Shown here in pieces: positions 28,375-38,750 of a stretch of 64,000 nucleotides of DNA (the stretch's first letter is position 1; each line of letters begins with the position of its first letter). The stretch covers positions 9 through 64,008 of the forward strand of contig CBFGXL010000003.1 of assembly GCA_965652925.1 (NCBI GenBank), given 5' to 3'. Source of the stretch: an uncultured bacterium (lineage in GTDB: Bacteria; Patescibacteriota; Minisyncoccia; Phycocordibacterales; UBA918). The translations under genes and the position numbers were made by a program. The notes beneath the pieces were generated by a model. That model was not told the DNA's origin. It did no database searches and worked only from the letters and a program-made list of their open reading frames with translations.

Positions 28375-29319
28375 ATGAAAAAAATAGTTTTTGTCGGGGC
28401 TGTGCTCATTGTTGCACTAGCTTTAGTGTATTTTTTTGTTAATCGGAATATTCAGGAACCAGCAGTACCATCTGAAGACATAAAAACGGACGATGAAACG
28501 TCTACGAAGCAAGAAGAGACCGCATACGGCTTCTCATATGAGTATGAGATGGGGGAAAATGGTTATACACTCCACATACCACCTGACGCGGTGCGAGGAG
28601 ATCTCGTCTTTACCCAATCAGTCTTTGACAGTACTGATTATGCAGACTTGCAGGAAGGGAATGTTCCCCGGGAGGCACCGGCTTCGCTCACTATGGAAGT
28701 ATACCGTAATCCATTGAATCAGGATGTCCGGGAATGGATCACAAGCCAAGAACGTTCGAATTATCATCTGAGCCCTAACGGAACAATTTCGACAGTAAAA
28801 AAAGGTGTTACTGATTTTCTGACATATCAGTATGACGGACTGTACAGGACTGACGCATATGTCTATGGCAAAGACGGGTATATCTATGTCTTTGCAAATA
28901 TGTGGGACAACCCTGAAAGCGCTATGAAGCTCGATATGGAAAGATTGCTTGAAAGCATTAGGTGGAGCACTCCACAGATACTGGCAAGCATTGCACACGG
29001 TGATATAAGCATCAGTGCACCAGAGCCAAATTCAGTCATTGTTTCACCACTTACCATAGAGGGGGAAGCGCGCGGCTTCTGGTTCTTTGAGGCATCATTT
29101 CCTATGACACTTGTGGATTGGGACGGAAAGATCATTGCTGAAGGGATTGCAACTGCAGAAGAAGAGTGGATGACTGAAGACTTCGTACCATTCAGCGGAG
29201 AGTTGGTCTTTACCAAGCCTCCACAAGGTGAGACAGGTTCGCTTATTTTGAGGAAAGACAATCCTTCAGGAATCCCTGAAAATGATGATGCTATAGAAAT
29301 ACCCGTGAGGTTTGAATGA
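28375..29319 (+). CDS. membrane-anchored protein with Gmad2 immunoglobulin-like domain
   Basis: SPLTIEGEARGFWFFEASFP, WMTEDFVPF, KDNPSG. Confidence 0.8.
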   Translation: MKKIVFVGAVLIVALALVYFFVNRNIQEPAVPSEDIKTDDETSTKQEETAYGFSYEYEMGENGYTLHIPPDAVRGDLVFTQSVFDSTDYADLQEGNVPREAPASLTMEVYRNPLNQDVREWITSQERSNYHLSPNGTISTVKKGVTDFLTYQYDGLYRTDAYVYGKDGYIYVFANMWDNPESAMKLDMERLLESIRWSTPQILASIAHGDISISAPEPNSVIVSPLTIEGEARGFWFFEASFPMTLVDWDGKIIAEGIATAEEEWMTEDFVPFSGELVFTKPPQGETGSLILRKDNPSGIPENDDAIEIPVRFE

Positions 29320-29498
29320 TTTGTTTTTATGCTTCATTGGGTCAGCCTAAGGTATTTTCTTATTATAAAGACCCCGTGAGAGTTTGAGGCAGTTAGTTTG
29401 GGCTGCACTACATAAAGGTCCGCGGGTTTGTGGCGGTTTTTTGTGCCGGGATGAACTGTGATACCATACAAAGGACTTGTAAACATAATGATGATTTC

Positions 29499-30008
29499 AT
29501 GAAAACCATATACATTCTTATTGCAGTATTACTATTTATGGGTGGGGGTGCATTTGCATATTTTTCTTTTAACACTCCACAGGAAGAGTCAATTCCAGAT
29601 GGCTACCACCGCATGGAAGATGGAACACTCATGCGGAATGATATGGGCATGGAAGGCATGGGAGCACTTGATGATATTCGTGCAAATGAGATGACTACGG
29701 AAGAGGAAGACACTTCTTCAGCCGTCGACCCTAATGCCCGTGTCTTTGAAGTACGTGGGGTCAATTATGAGTATGATGTAAAGGAAATACGAGTGAAGAA
29801 GGGTGAAACTGTGGTCATAAATTTTGAAAGTACTGATGGATTTCATGATTGGGTAATTGATGAGTTTGATGTGCAGACAGATCGTGTGCAGCCTGGCACA
29901 AAGACCTCGGTTACTTTTGTCGCAGATGAAGCGGGCACATTCGAATACTACTGTTCAGTGGGAAGCCACCGATCGCATGGAATGGTAGGCACACTCATTG
30001 TTGAATAA
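29499..30008 (+). CDS. membrane-anchored cupredoxin domain protein
   Basis: IRVKKGETV, H...EYYCSVGSHRSHGM type-1 Cu ligands; Met-rich HRMEDGTLM segment. Confidence 0.85.
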   Translation: MKTIYILIAVLLFMGGGAFAYFSFNTPQEESIPDGYHRMEDGTLMRNDMGMEGMGALDDIRANEMTTEEEDTSSAVDPNARVFEVRGVNYEYDVKEIRVKKGETVVINFESTDGFHDWVIDEFDVQTDRVQPGTKTSVTFVADEAGTFEYYCSVGSHRSHGMVGTLIVE

Positions 30009-30037
30009 TAATAGTAACCAAAGCCACCACATTACAT

Positions 30038-30709
30038 ATGAAAAAACACACATGGAAGATCGTCTTTGTTGTTGCGGCGTTACTCATGGGAGCTTCATTC
30101 TTCTATGCGAACTATGCGAGCAATAAAGCAAATGAAGGGGTTGTTATCAAAGAGTATACAAAAGGGAATGAGAACGCCGCTGTCACCCTTACGGAATATG
30201 CTGACTTTCAGTGTCCGGCATGCGGTCAGTTTTATCCGATCATGAAAGAAGTTGAAACGCAGTATGGAGATAAGATCAAGATCGAATTCAAGCATTTTCC
30301 GCTCGTGACCATTCATCCGTTTGCTATGCCTGCGGCCAAAGCTGCTGAGGCGGCAGGACAACAGGGCAAATTCTTTGAGATGCATGATAAGTTGTTTGAG
30401 AATCAGAGTACCTGGTCGCGATCATCAGCTCCACAGGCATATTTTATCCAATATGCTGAGGAACTAGGTCTCGATATTGACCGTTTCAAGACCCACATGA
30501 AGTCCTCGCTTTTACAGGACCGTATTGAAGAGCAGTTTTATGAAGCTCAAGAGCTTGGCCTGACTGGGACACCCTCTTTCTATCTCAATGGGGAGAGGCT
30601 TGAATTTCAGACATTTGAGGAATTTTTTGGTGCGCTTGATGCGGCTCTCGGTTTGACACCTGCTACAGCAACAACAAGTCCACAGAACCAGGTGGAGTTT
30701 GGCATCTAA
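30038..30709 (+). CDS. DsbA family thiol-disulfide oxidoreductase
   Basis: EYADFQCPAC, KHFPL, AAEAAGQQGKF, GTPSFYLNG. Confidence 0.9.
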   Translation: MKKHTWKIVFVVAALLMGASFFYANYASNKANEGVVIKEYTKGNENAAVTLTEYADFQCPACGQFYPIMKEVETQYGDKIKIEFKHFPLVTIHPFAMPAAKAAEAAGQQGKFFEMHDKLFENQSTWSRSSAPQAYFIQYAEELGLDIDRFKTHMKSSLLQDRIEEQFYEAQELGLTGTPSFYLNGERLEFQTFEEFFGALDAALGLTPATATTSPQNQVEFGI

Positions 30710-30716
30710 GCACGTA

Positions 30717-32051
30717 ATGAGTACATCCATCGATTCGGATTGGTACCGGCAGCTTGCACCTTTGAGCATAGAAGTTCTGCGGTACCTTAAGAGTGACCTT
30801 CAGGGATTGCAACAGCAGAAAGATTCCTTTTTTGCCGGCGAGTCTCGTGTGCCATTTTTCAACTATGCACATATAGAGATCGAACAGATCAAAGAGAAGG
30901 TCCTAGGCTTGCAGCGCTTGCGCGAGCGAATTATTGCACAGGAGGAGCTTGCTGTGGTTGCCGAACTCTATACGGCGAAGATCGATGAATATCTTGCGAA
31001 TGCACTATTGTTGCAGTCTTCTTATGATGCTTCGGTTGCACCGCATCGTGCGGCTGCTGCGATGGCTGATTTTAAAAAGGTGAACACGTATCTGTACGGG
31101 GAAATAAATCCAGATATGTTCAACCTCACCCTCCGTACGCTTCGTAGAAAACTTCAAAAAGTTCCGCAAGAGTTAAAGACCCAGCATCCAGAGGCGGCAG
31201 AGCGTCTTGAATATTTGGTGCGCGAGCTTCCTTCTGAAGGCGACTCCTACGTGTTTGCGATAGAGAAACACCCAGTTGAACAGACAGAGATTATTAAAGA
31301 CATTGTTGAGATAACAGATATGTTCCAGAAGGCGCTTCTGGAACGAGGGCTGGCGGATAGGTGGAAGGTCAGGGTAGACACCACAGGACAGTTGCATACA
31401 TTTTCAGTGATCAATCACGAGCAGGTTATCGCAATTCCTGGACAGCAGTTCTTTTTGGAAATGCATGAAGGATATTCACTTGCAAAACTCAATGGCTTGA
31501 TTGCGCATGAGATTGATACACATATAATCCGCAGACATAATGGGAGAAGATCCCAGCTCCGTTTGCTCGGAGCAGGCCTCGATCGCTATCACAGAGGTGA
31601 GGAGGGTATTGCTACGTATCGGGCTCAGAGAGAGAAAGGATCCCGTTCATTTGCTGGTTTCTTGGGCTATCTTTCACTCGGGCTGGCGCTTGGAATGGAA
31701 CCACACGGCCAGCCGAAAGATTTTGCAGGACTCTATGAGATTCTCTACGCGTATTTTTTATTGGTAGGTCGGTTTGAAGAACAGATGGCGCATCAGCGTG
31801 CATGGCACGCCTGCTGGAGGGTTTTTAGAGGAACTACATGTTCTGAAAAAGGAGTTGTATTCATGCGCGATGCCACATACAGACAAGGCAATATTCTCAT
31901 TCATCAGTTGCTCCATACGTATCCTCAAGCGGAAGCTGATTTTGATGTGGGGAACTTTGATCCGACGCAAAAATCGCATATCAGTGCGCTGCTAAAACTC
32001 GGTTTGCTTCCTGAGCATCCGTGGAAAGCAATCGCTGCGGATACAGTTTAA
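30717..32051 (+). CDS. DUF1704 / MATCAP-like zinc metallopeptidase
   Basis: AHEIDTH (HExxxH), EEGIA, RVFRG, RDATYRQG, VGNFD. Confidence 0.75.
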   Translation: MSTSIDSDWYRQLAPLSIEVLRYLKSDLQGLQQQKDSFFAGESRVPFFNYAHIEIEQIKEKVLGLQRLRERIIAQEELAVVAELYTAKIDEYLANALLLQSSYDASVAPHRAAAAMADFKKVNTYLYGEINPDMFNLTLRTLRRKLQKVPQELKTQHPEAAERLEYLVRELPSEGDSYVFAIEKHPVEQTEIIKDIVEITDMFQKALLERGLADRWKVRVDTTGQLHTFSVINHEQVIAIPGQQFFLEMHEGYSLAKLNGLIAHEIDTHIIRRHNGRRSQLRLLGAGLDRYHRGEEGIATYRAQREKGSRSFAGFLGYLSLGLALGMEPHGQPKDFAGLYEILYAYFLLVGRFEEQMAHQRAWHACWRVFRGTTCSEKGVVFMRDATYRQGNILIHQLLHTYPQAEADFDVGNFDPTQKSHISALLKLGLLPEHPWKAIAADTV

Positions 32052-32058
32052 GGAGCGT

Positions 32059-32814
32059 CTACACGCCTGATGGTCGGAAGATCGTTTCAACTGACAACAA
32101 GTGCGGATATTTTGTAACTTGGATGTATTTTCCGAGCGAAGCTTCAGTACAGATAAGATAAGCTTGTGTTATTGCCCGTCCTTCTTGAGGCTGCTCCAAC
32201 ACGAATGCGTCGAGTGTTGCGGTGTCGGTATCAAACGTCAGTGTTTCCAATGGGGCAGAGGGAATCATCGCACTGCATCCGATTGAGAGTTTGAATGCTG
32301 CGAGTCCGATATAGGAATTGATGCCGTAAGGGTTGCGATCTCTACCGTGTGAGAGTTTGCTCAGTCCACGCTGGTGCGCGTGCTTATTTATGAGATATTC
32401 AGTATAAAGTGATGGATTTGCTTGCAGCACTACTGTAGACCATTTGTGCGGGTAAATACGGTACGCAATAGAGAGAACTGTTTTTCGCTCAGAAAATATT
32501 GTTGCACCTATACGTTCACCATTCTCGTACAGTATTAAAGCGTAATAGGTGTATGGAGATTCTTTCCCAAGGGTGGTGCCGTAGATATCTGAGACTTTTG
32601 GATTTGATTTGTTTGATATCTCCTGTGTGTAGAGTGGAGTGAACCACTGAAGAATATCTTCGGTGAGCACTTCGATGCTGTAGGTGATGCAAGAAAGGTC
32701 TTCGTGCCTGAGTGTTGAACGCAACTGAGCCTGATTGCTTTTCCCCATCAGCAATAAGGGGTCCTCAACCACTTTTTTGTACCAAGCATGTTCGGGAATG
32801 TAACTGATTTTCAT
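32059..32814 (-). CDS. hypothetical protein, possible GNAT/FemABX-like fold
   Basis: FTPLY, RIGATIF, LSHGRD and GLAAFKLSIG resemble FemAB/GNAT C-terminal motifs. Confidence 0.5.
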   Translation of the reverse strand: MKISYIPEHAWYKKVVEDPLLLMGKSNQAQLRSTLRHEDLSCITYSIEVLTEDILQWFTPLYTQEISNKSNPKVSDIYGTTLGKESPYTYYALILYENGERIGATIFSERKTVLSIAYRIYPHKWSTVVLQANPSLYTEYLINKHAHQRGLSKLSHGRDRNPYGINSYIGLAAFKLSIGCSAMIPSAPLETLTFDTDTATLDAFVLEQPQEGRAITQAYLICTEASLGKYIQVTKYPHLLSVETIFRPSGV

Positions 32815-32968
32815 AAAAATAGAGTATACCACTATTTCGAAGGCTCTCTTTTGCGACTTGAAAATGGGAGCTATTTTTAGTATGATACCAACATATTAGA
32901 TTCTGACAGATACCATTCAGAACGCACTACCTGGCGATGACGCCATTTTTTTGTCCAAACCTTTACTT

Positions 32969-34228
32969 ATGCACCAGAAGAAAAATATCGTTGTCTTTGT
33001 GGAGCAGTACATACCACAGGCAGTGAAAAGCGTACGGAAACATTTTAAGGATGTTGAGGTACTCCTTTTGCGTGATATCAAGGATAAGACCAAGGATAAT
33101 GGGAGGGTCTTTAGTGTCGACCACCTTGCCTATGTTGATTTCAACAAACCCTTGAAGATTGCGGAGGCGCTGTTGCCGTTTCAAGAACGCTTGCTGTGCA
33201 TAACCGCGCGAGGCGAGGGGGGTGCTAATAAGCTCAAGGAAGTAATTCCCCATGTGCCGTACCTGCGAACTCCAACCCGCGAGTCACTTGACTGGGCCAC
33301 CGACAAGTACGAGATGCGCAAGCGCATGAAGCTGTTCGATCCGAAGAACACTCCTCGTTTCACCAAAATTAGTGAAAATTCAAAAAAAGAGCGAAACCGC
33401 GTTATTGAAAAGGTCGGCTTTCCGCTCGTGATCAAACCTGCCAATCTGCAGGAAAGCCTTTTGGTGACTATCTGCTTCCACGCAGAAGAATTTGAAAAAG
33501 CACTCGGCAATGTTTTTCGTAAACTCCGCAAAGAATACCAGCGTATAGGACGTTCCCAGTTGCCGACAATCATGGCTGAGGAATTTATGGAGGGTGATAT
33601 GTATTCCATTGACTCATACGTTAATTCCCGCGGGGAGATATTTCACTGCCCGCTGGTTCGGGTGATGACCGGACGCAATATTGGTCGAGAAGATTTCTAT
33701 AACTACAAGCAGACTTCACCAGCCTTGCTTAAGAAAGAGACGATAGAAAAGGCACAGAAAGTTGCTGAGACTGCTATACATGCGCTTGGTCTGCGTAGTA
33801 TCACTGCACACGTTGAACTTATGAAAATGGATGATGATTGGAAGATCATCGAGGTCGGCCCTCGTGTAGGAGGCTTCCGTCCGCTTTTGTATGAGCTCAG
33901 CTGTGACATCGACCATTCTTTGAATGATGTGCTTGTGCGCATACCACGCAAACCGATCATTCCTAAAAAGTGCAAGGGATTTGCAACGGCTATGAAGTGG
34001 TTTGCTGACAAGGAAGGGAAGATCGTGGAAATGAAAGGAATTAAGAAAATAGAGTCATTGGAATCTTTTCACAGCATAGCGATGAACAAAAAGATCGGCG
34101 ACCGGGCAACATTTGCTAAAAACGGAGGCATCTCCATCTTTAACTTGTTTCTCTACAACAATGATCGCTCGAAACTCCTTGCTGACATCCGCCGGGTGGA
34201 ACAGCTTGTGAAGATAAAGATCGGTTAG
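32969..34228 (+). CDS. ATP-grasp domain ligase (L-amino acid ligase-like)
   Basis: TDKYEMR, GFPLVIKP, AEEFMEG, HVEL, IIEVGPRVGG. Confidence 0.85.
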   Translation: MHQKKNIVVFVEQYIPQAVKSVRKHFKDVEVLLLRDIKDKTKDNGRVFSVDHLAYVDFNKPLKIAEALLPFQERLLCITARGEGGANKLKEVIPHVPYLRTPTRESLDWATDKYEMRKRMKLFDPKNTPRFTKISENSKKERNRVIEKVGFPLVIKPANLQESLLVTICFHAEEFEKALGNVFRKLRKEYQRIGRSQLPTIMAEEFMEGDMYSIDSYVNSRGEIFHCPLVRVMTGRNIGREDFYNYKQTSPALLKKETIEKAQKVAETAIHALGLRSITAHVELMKMDDDWKIIEVGPRVGGFRPLLYELSCDIDHSLNDVLVRIPRKPIIPKKCKGFATAMKWFADKEGKIVEMKGIKKIESLESFHSIAMNKKIGDRATFAKNGGISIFNLFLYNNDRSKLLADIRRVEQLVKIKIG

Positions 34229-34285
34229 CCCCGTTTTCCTTCAAACACCCGCTTTTTCTCTGTTGCTTTTTGGTATGATACACCA

Positions 34286-35089
34286 ATGATACGGACCCGG
34301 GATCTTTTTGTTTTTATCGCAACTTTGTTTGCGCTTTTGGTAGGTATCGCCCTAACGCTCTCTTCTGATATCCTGAAGATGTCCCAAGATGTCGCGACTT
34401 TCTTTGCTCCAGGCGAAGAAAGTGTTGAATTTACTGCTGAGGCGCCGCAGGAAGAAATCAACAGAGAAGATATTATTTCACGCCTGCGTAATGCGCTTGC
34501 TTTGCATGAGAGCTCTATCGAACCGCAGCCGAGCGTGGAAGAGGACGCTGTTGAAGAAACTGAGATTATGAGTGAGGTCTCTACATCTATCGGTGTAGAA
34601 CGTTGTGCCGGAGGAGATGATGCGGTTGCCTATGCTAAATCGTGGCCGCTTGCCGGGGTTTCTGTCCAACAAAACGGGACTTTACGTACGGTTGTTCACG
34701 AAGAAACAAATATCGGTCTGACATCTTCTTCGGCCGCTTCTTCCACTGGTTCGTCTACGGCCGCATCGGTGAATACCGTACTGCTTACGCTTCCTGTTTC
34801 CCCGTATGCATCAGCCGAGCCCCACTGTGTGCCGAGCGACATAATAGGTGTTACCACTTCAGGTTCACTTATGTTCAATAATGACGCTGCTTTTTATCGT
34901 GGGTACGGCTCTGAGTATCTTATTGGTTATGCGCGGGATGGCTACCCAATCTATGGCTATTATGAGGGAGTACTTGATAACTGCGGAGGCTACATGCATG
35001 CGCAGGGATACCGCTATTCGGTTTCAGCAACCAAAGATCACTTGCTGAGCTGTTTTACAGCTGCCCCGGCTTCTTTTAGCGGACTATAG
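34286..35089 (+). CDS. membrane-anchored hypothetical protein with YHYH-like C-terminus
   Basis: IGYARDGYPIYG, LDNCGG, YRY; N-terminal TM. Confidence 0.55.
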   Translation: MIRTRDLFVFIATLFALLVGIALTLSSDILKMSQDVATFFAPGEESVEFTAEAPQEEINREDIISRLRNALALHESSIEPQPSVEEDAVEETEIMSEVSTSIGVERCAGGDDAVAYAKSWPLAGVSVQQNGTLRTVVHEETNIGLTSSSAASSTGSSTAASVNTVLLTLPVSPYASAEPHCVPSDIIGVTTSGSLMFNNDAAFYRGYGSEYLIGYARDGYPIYGYYEGVLDNCGGYMHAQGYRYSVSATKDHLLSCFTAAPASFSGL

Positions 35090-35096
35090 ACTATCC

Positions 35097-35825
35097 ATGG
35101 CTACACTCATCTTTGACATTGAAACGGTCGGTGAGGATTGGAATACACTTGATCCGACCACACAGGAGTCGCTTACGCGCTGGATACGTAAAAATGCCCG
35201 CGACAAAACTGAACAGGAGTCGTTACTTCAAGATTTAAAAGAAGGGTTAGGTTTTTCACCGCTAACAGGGATGATCGTAGCTCTGGGTCTCTATGATCTG
35301 GAGCGCAGGCAAGGGGCTGTGTATTACATTGGCCCGTCCGACGAAGGAGATATTCCCCATGATGATTTCGTTTTCAAACAGCGTTCAGAAAAGGAGATGC
35401 TGCAGGAATTTTGGGAGGGTGCAAAAAGTTATGATACGTTTGTAACTTTCAACGGCAGAGAATTTGATGTTCCGTTTATATTGCATCGCTCAGTTGCTCA
35501 GGGGGTTGTGCCCACTTGTCCGCTGATGGAAGGGAGGTACCTCCATCAGCAGAAGACGGTACGTCATGTGGACCTTCAGGACCAGCTCACTTTTTACGGG
35601 GCAGTGCGCCGCAGGCCGAGCCTCCATTTGTTTTGTCGTTCCTACGGCATTGCAAGTCCGAAAGTGCATGGGGTGGGTGGAGATGATATTGCGGAACTTT
35701 TTGCGCGCAAAAAATTCCGCGATATTGCTTTGTATAATGCCCGTGATGTAGAGGCAACAGTACAACTGTACGAAAAATGGCTGACGTATCTTGCACCACA
35801 GTCTTTTTTAACTATTGATTTTTAG
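35097..35825 (+). CDS. RNase H-like DEDD 3'-5' exonuclease (PolB exonuclease-like)
   Basis: FDIET, TFNGREFDVPF, HVDL, YNARDV. Confidence 0.85.
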   Translation: MATLIFDIETVGEDWNTLDPTTQESLTRWIRKNARDKTEQESLLQDLKEGLGFSPLTGMIVALGLYDLERRQGAVYYIGPSDEGDIPHDDFVFKQRSEKEMLQEFWEGAKSYDTFVTFNGREFDVPFILHRSVAQGVVPTCPLMEGRYLHQQKTVRHVDLQDQLTFYGAVRRRPSLHLFCRSYGIASPKVHGVGGDDIAELFARKKFRDIALYNARDVEATVQLYEKWLTYLAPQSFLTIDF

Positions 35826-35868
35826 GTATTTTGTGGTATAGTATGCTGACTGAAAAAGGAGATTGCGC

Positions 35869-36459
35869 ATGTACCGCATCTTGCCACTTTTGTGCGATGC
35901 CGGTTTAGGCATCCTCGTTTTCATTGTCGTGTCGCGCGTGTATGGTGTGGATGAACCGCTTTGGATGTTTTCCATCCTCTGCATCTTCCTGCCAGATCTG
36001 GACTCTCTTTCGCAACTGCGTTCCAAAGGCTATGTGGCTGCGAGTGCAGAGGATCCAATTGACCACCGGGAGTTCCTGCACAAGCCGATTTTTTGGCTCG
36101 TGCCAGCGCTTCTTGTGTGGATCGGCTTTGGATATCCCGGCGCACTGCTGTTCTTTCTGTTCCTTGCTCACTTTCTCCATGATTCGGTGCTTGTGGGCTG
36201 GGGCGTTCCCTGGCTTTCGCCTTGGAACCGCACCCGCATCAAGTTCTTTGTCGATCAGTCGAACCATGAATCGCTGCGCAGAGAAGACTGGGTGCGTACG
36301 TGGGATCCCCATGAACTCACTAAAAAAATACAGCAGCATGGCAATGAGCATTGGATACAGGATATCTATCTTCGACTCACGCCTGCGTCAGTCATTGAGT
36401 ACTCCATCTTTAGCATAGGGGTGCTCGTGCTGATCCTGACCCTCTTCACATCCGTGTGA
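35869..36459 (+). CDS. metal-dependent membrane hydrolase (YdjM-like)
   Basis: LPDLD, HREFLH, HFLHD, GVPWLSP; AAGGAG upstream. Confidence 0.7.
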   Translation: MYRILPLLCDAGLGILVFIVVSRVYGVDEPLWMFSILCIFLPDLDSLSQLRSKGYVAASAEDPIDHREFLHKPIFWLVPALLVWIGFGYPGALLFFLFLAHFLHDSVLVGWGVPWLSPWNRTRIKFFVDQSNHESLRREDWVRTWDPHELTKKIQQHGNEHWIQDIYLRLTPASVIEYSIFSIGVLVLILTLFTSV

Positions 36460-36560
36460 GGAGGGTTCTTTGTTATTGGGTATACTAAATGGATGTCACA
36501 ATGGCCAACACACAAGATTCACGACGCACTCTCTGAGCGAACAAGAAAACGGATGAGCAT

Positions 36561-37808
36561 ATGAAAAAAACACAAAAAGCTAACGAATCTAAAAAGTTCC
36601 CTGATGGTTTTTTCTGGGGAGCGGCCACAGCCTCGTACCAGGTTGAAGGCTACAATGAGAATTGTGACTGGGCACTTGCTGCACGTTCGGGAAAGGTTCC
36701 TCAGGCGGGCCGACTTGCAGATCACTATCATCGCTATGAAGAGGATTTTGATATCGCCAAGAAACTCGGGCATACCGCACATCGTTTTTCTATTGAATGG
36801 GGCAGGATCGAACCAAAAGAAGGAGTATTCGATCAAGATGAAATAGAGCACTACAAGCAAGTTTTGCGCGCCCTTAAAAAAAGAAACATTACTCCATTTA
36901 TTACACTGTGGCACTTCACCCTTCCGGTATGGCTCGCACAGTCGGGAGGATTTGAACGGCATGATATACCGGAGATATTTGCACGTTATTGTGCAAAACT
37001 TGTCTCGGAGTTTGGCGATCTGTGCGTGTATTACTCGACTATAAACGAGCCGAACGTATACGCCACACACTGTTACTTGTACGGCGCGTGGCCGCCATTT
37101 AAACGCGCTTCAATTTTGTGGAAGAAGATAGGCAAGGAAGATGGCACCTCTGAACGCACTGGTGCTGTTGCCTCCTTTTGGAATATTTTAGCGTATCTTC
37201 GGGTGGTCAATAACCTCGCGCGCGCTCACAATGCAGCTTATGATGCTATAAAGAAAATCAATCCTCAGGCACAGGTGAGTGTGGTAAAGCACGTGCACCA
37301 TTTTGATACCAATCGCAAACTGCTAAACCGGGTGCGTGCAAAGCTCATGACATATTTCCAAACCTATGCCTTCATGAATAAAGTACAGCATCACTTGGAT
37401 ATGATCGGTCTGAACTACTATCGTCATACAAAATATGGCGATAATCTCAACTATCTTTTGACCGACATGAACTGGAACATTCATCCCAATGGGATATATG
37501 GTGCACTTATGATACTGCACCGTTATAAGAAGCCAATCATAATTGCAGAAGCAGGCATAGCAGACCGCAGTGATATGTTTCGTGCTCATTATATCCAACT
37601 GCAGGTGAGTGCTGTACACAAAGCTATTGAAGACGGCGTTGATGTCCGTGGCCACATGTACTGGTCACTCCTTGATAACTACGAGTGGGCTCTTGGCATT
37701 GAAAAACGTTTTGGTCTTGTGGAAATCGACTACCAGACACTTAAGCGCACGATTCGTCCTTCTGCACACTACTACAAGAAAATCATAGAAAAGAATGCAA
37801 TACTGTAG
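36561..37808 (+). CDS. glycoside hydrolase family 1 (beta-glucosidase-like)
   Basis: FFWGAATASYQVEG, DHYHRYEED, RFSIEW, TINEP, GLNYY, WSLLDNYEW, RFGL. Confidence 0.93.
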   Translation: MKKTQKANESKKFPDGFFWGAATASYQVEGYNENCDWALAARSGKVPQAGRLADHYHRYEEDFDIAKKLGHTAHRFSIEWGRIEPKEGVFDQDEIEHYKQVLRALKKRNITPFITLWHFTLPVWLAQSGGFERHDIPEIFARYCAKLVSEFGDLCVYYSTINEPNVYATHCYLYGAWPPFKRASILWKKIGKEDGTSERTGAVASFWNILAYLRVVNNLARAHNAAYDAIKKINPQAQVSVVKHVHHFDTNRKLLNRVRAKLMTYFQTYAFMNKVQHHLDMIGLNYYRHTKYGDNLNYLLTDMNWNIHPNGIYGALMILHRYKKPIIIAEAGIADRSDMFRAHYIQLQVSAVHKAIEDGVDVRGHMYWSLLDNYEWALGIEKRFGLVEIDYQTLKRTIRPSAHYYKKIIEKNAIL

Positions 37809-37817
37809 GCATTACGT

Positions 37818-38750
37818 ATGGGTTGGATATTGCTCGCTACTGCTGGACAGTTCATCAATGCGATCGTAGCGATTCTTGATAAGTATATCGTCACGGACAA
37901 AAAAGCATTGCCGCGGCCTTTTGTGTATGCTTTTTACTCCTGTTTGGCAACAGGTTTTTGGGTAGTTATATTCATTGCCGGGTTCATACCTGGTTTGAGT
38001 TCACTCGGAGTGCCCAGTTTTTCAAATGTACAGATGCCGAGTATAGAAGTCGTGGCGATGTCGTTCTTTGCAGCGTATACCTTCTTCATGGCACTTGTTT
38101 CGATGTATGACTCATTAAAAAGCGCCGATGCATCTGACATTATGCCAGCTGTCGGGGCGATTGCTGCCATCTCTTCATTTGGTTTATCGTATGCTTTTTT
38201 GGGTTCTACACTGACTGCAAATTTCATCTGGGGCGTAGCTTTCTTAAGTGTCGGTACATTTCTTCTTTCCAAAGTTCGCTTTACCCGTCACATAGTATTG
38301 CAGATACTTCACAGCGGTCTATTTTTTGCGCTCCACTACATAGCAATGAAAGGCCTATTCACAGAGACCAGTTTCGATGATGGATTCTTTTGGTCGCGCC
38401 TGGCACTGGTGCTGTTTGCTCTCTCTTTGCTCCTGGTTCCGAGCTATTATGAAAAGATCACACAGCAGACCAAAAGCACAAGCAAAAAAACAGGTCTGCT
38501 CGTTTTGTTTACGAAGATACTTGCGGGTATCGCAGCATTTATGCTCTTAAAAGCAACCGATTGGGGCGATGTTACTGTAGTGCAGGCACTTGATGGTCTT
38601 AAATTTGTATTTATTATCCTGATCAGTCTTTTATTTGGACGATTCATACCTCATGAGGCAGGCGAAAATAATTTTGGATTCAAGACAGTTATCCGAAAAT
38701 GCCTGTACGTGGCAATAATAGCTGTTGGCTTCGTGATACTATTTATTTAA
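37818..38750 (+). CDS. EamA/DMT-like membrane transporter
   Basis: about 10 TMs in two repeats, ILDKY, VTVVQAL. Confidence 0.65.
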   Translation: MGWILLATAGQFINAIVAILDKYIVTDKKALPRPFVYAFYSCLATGFWVVIFIAGFIPGLSSLGVPSFSNVQMPSIEVVAMSFFAAYTFFMALVSMYDSLKSADASDIMPAVGAIAAISSFGLSYAFLGSTLTANFIWGVAFLSVGTFLLSKVRFTRHIVLQILHSGLFFALHYIAMKGLFTETSFDDGFFWSRLALVLFALSLLLVPSYYEKITQQTKSTSKKTGLLVLFTKILAGIAAFMLLKATDWGDVTVVQALDGLKFVFIILISLLFGRFIPHEAGENNFGFKTVIRKCLYVAIIAVGFVILFI

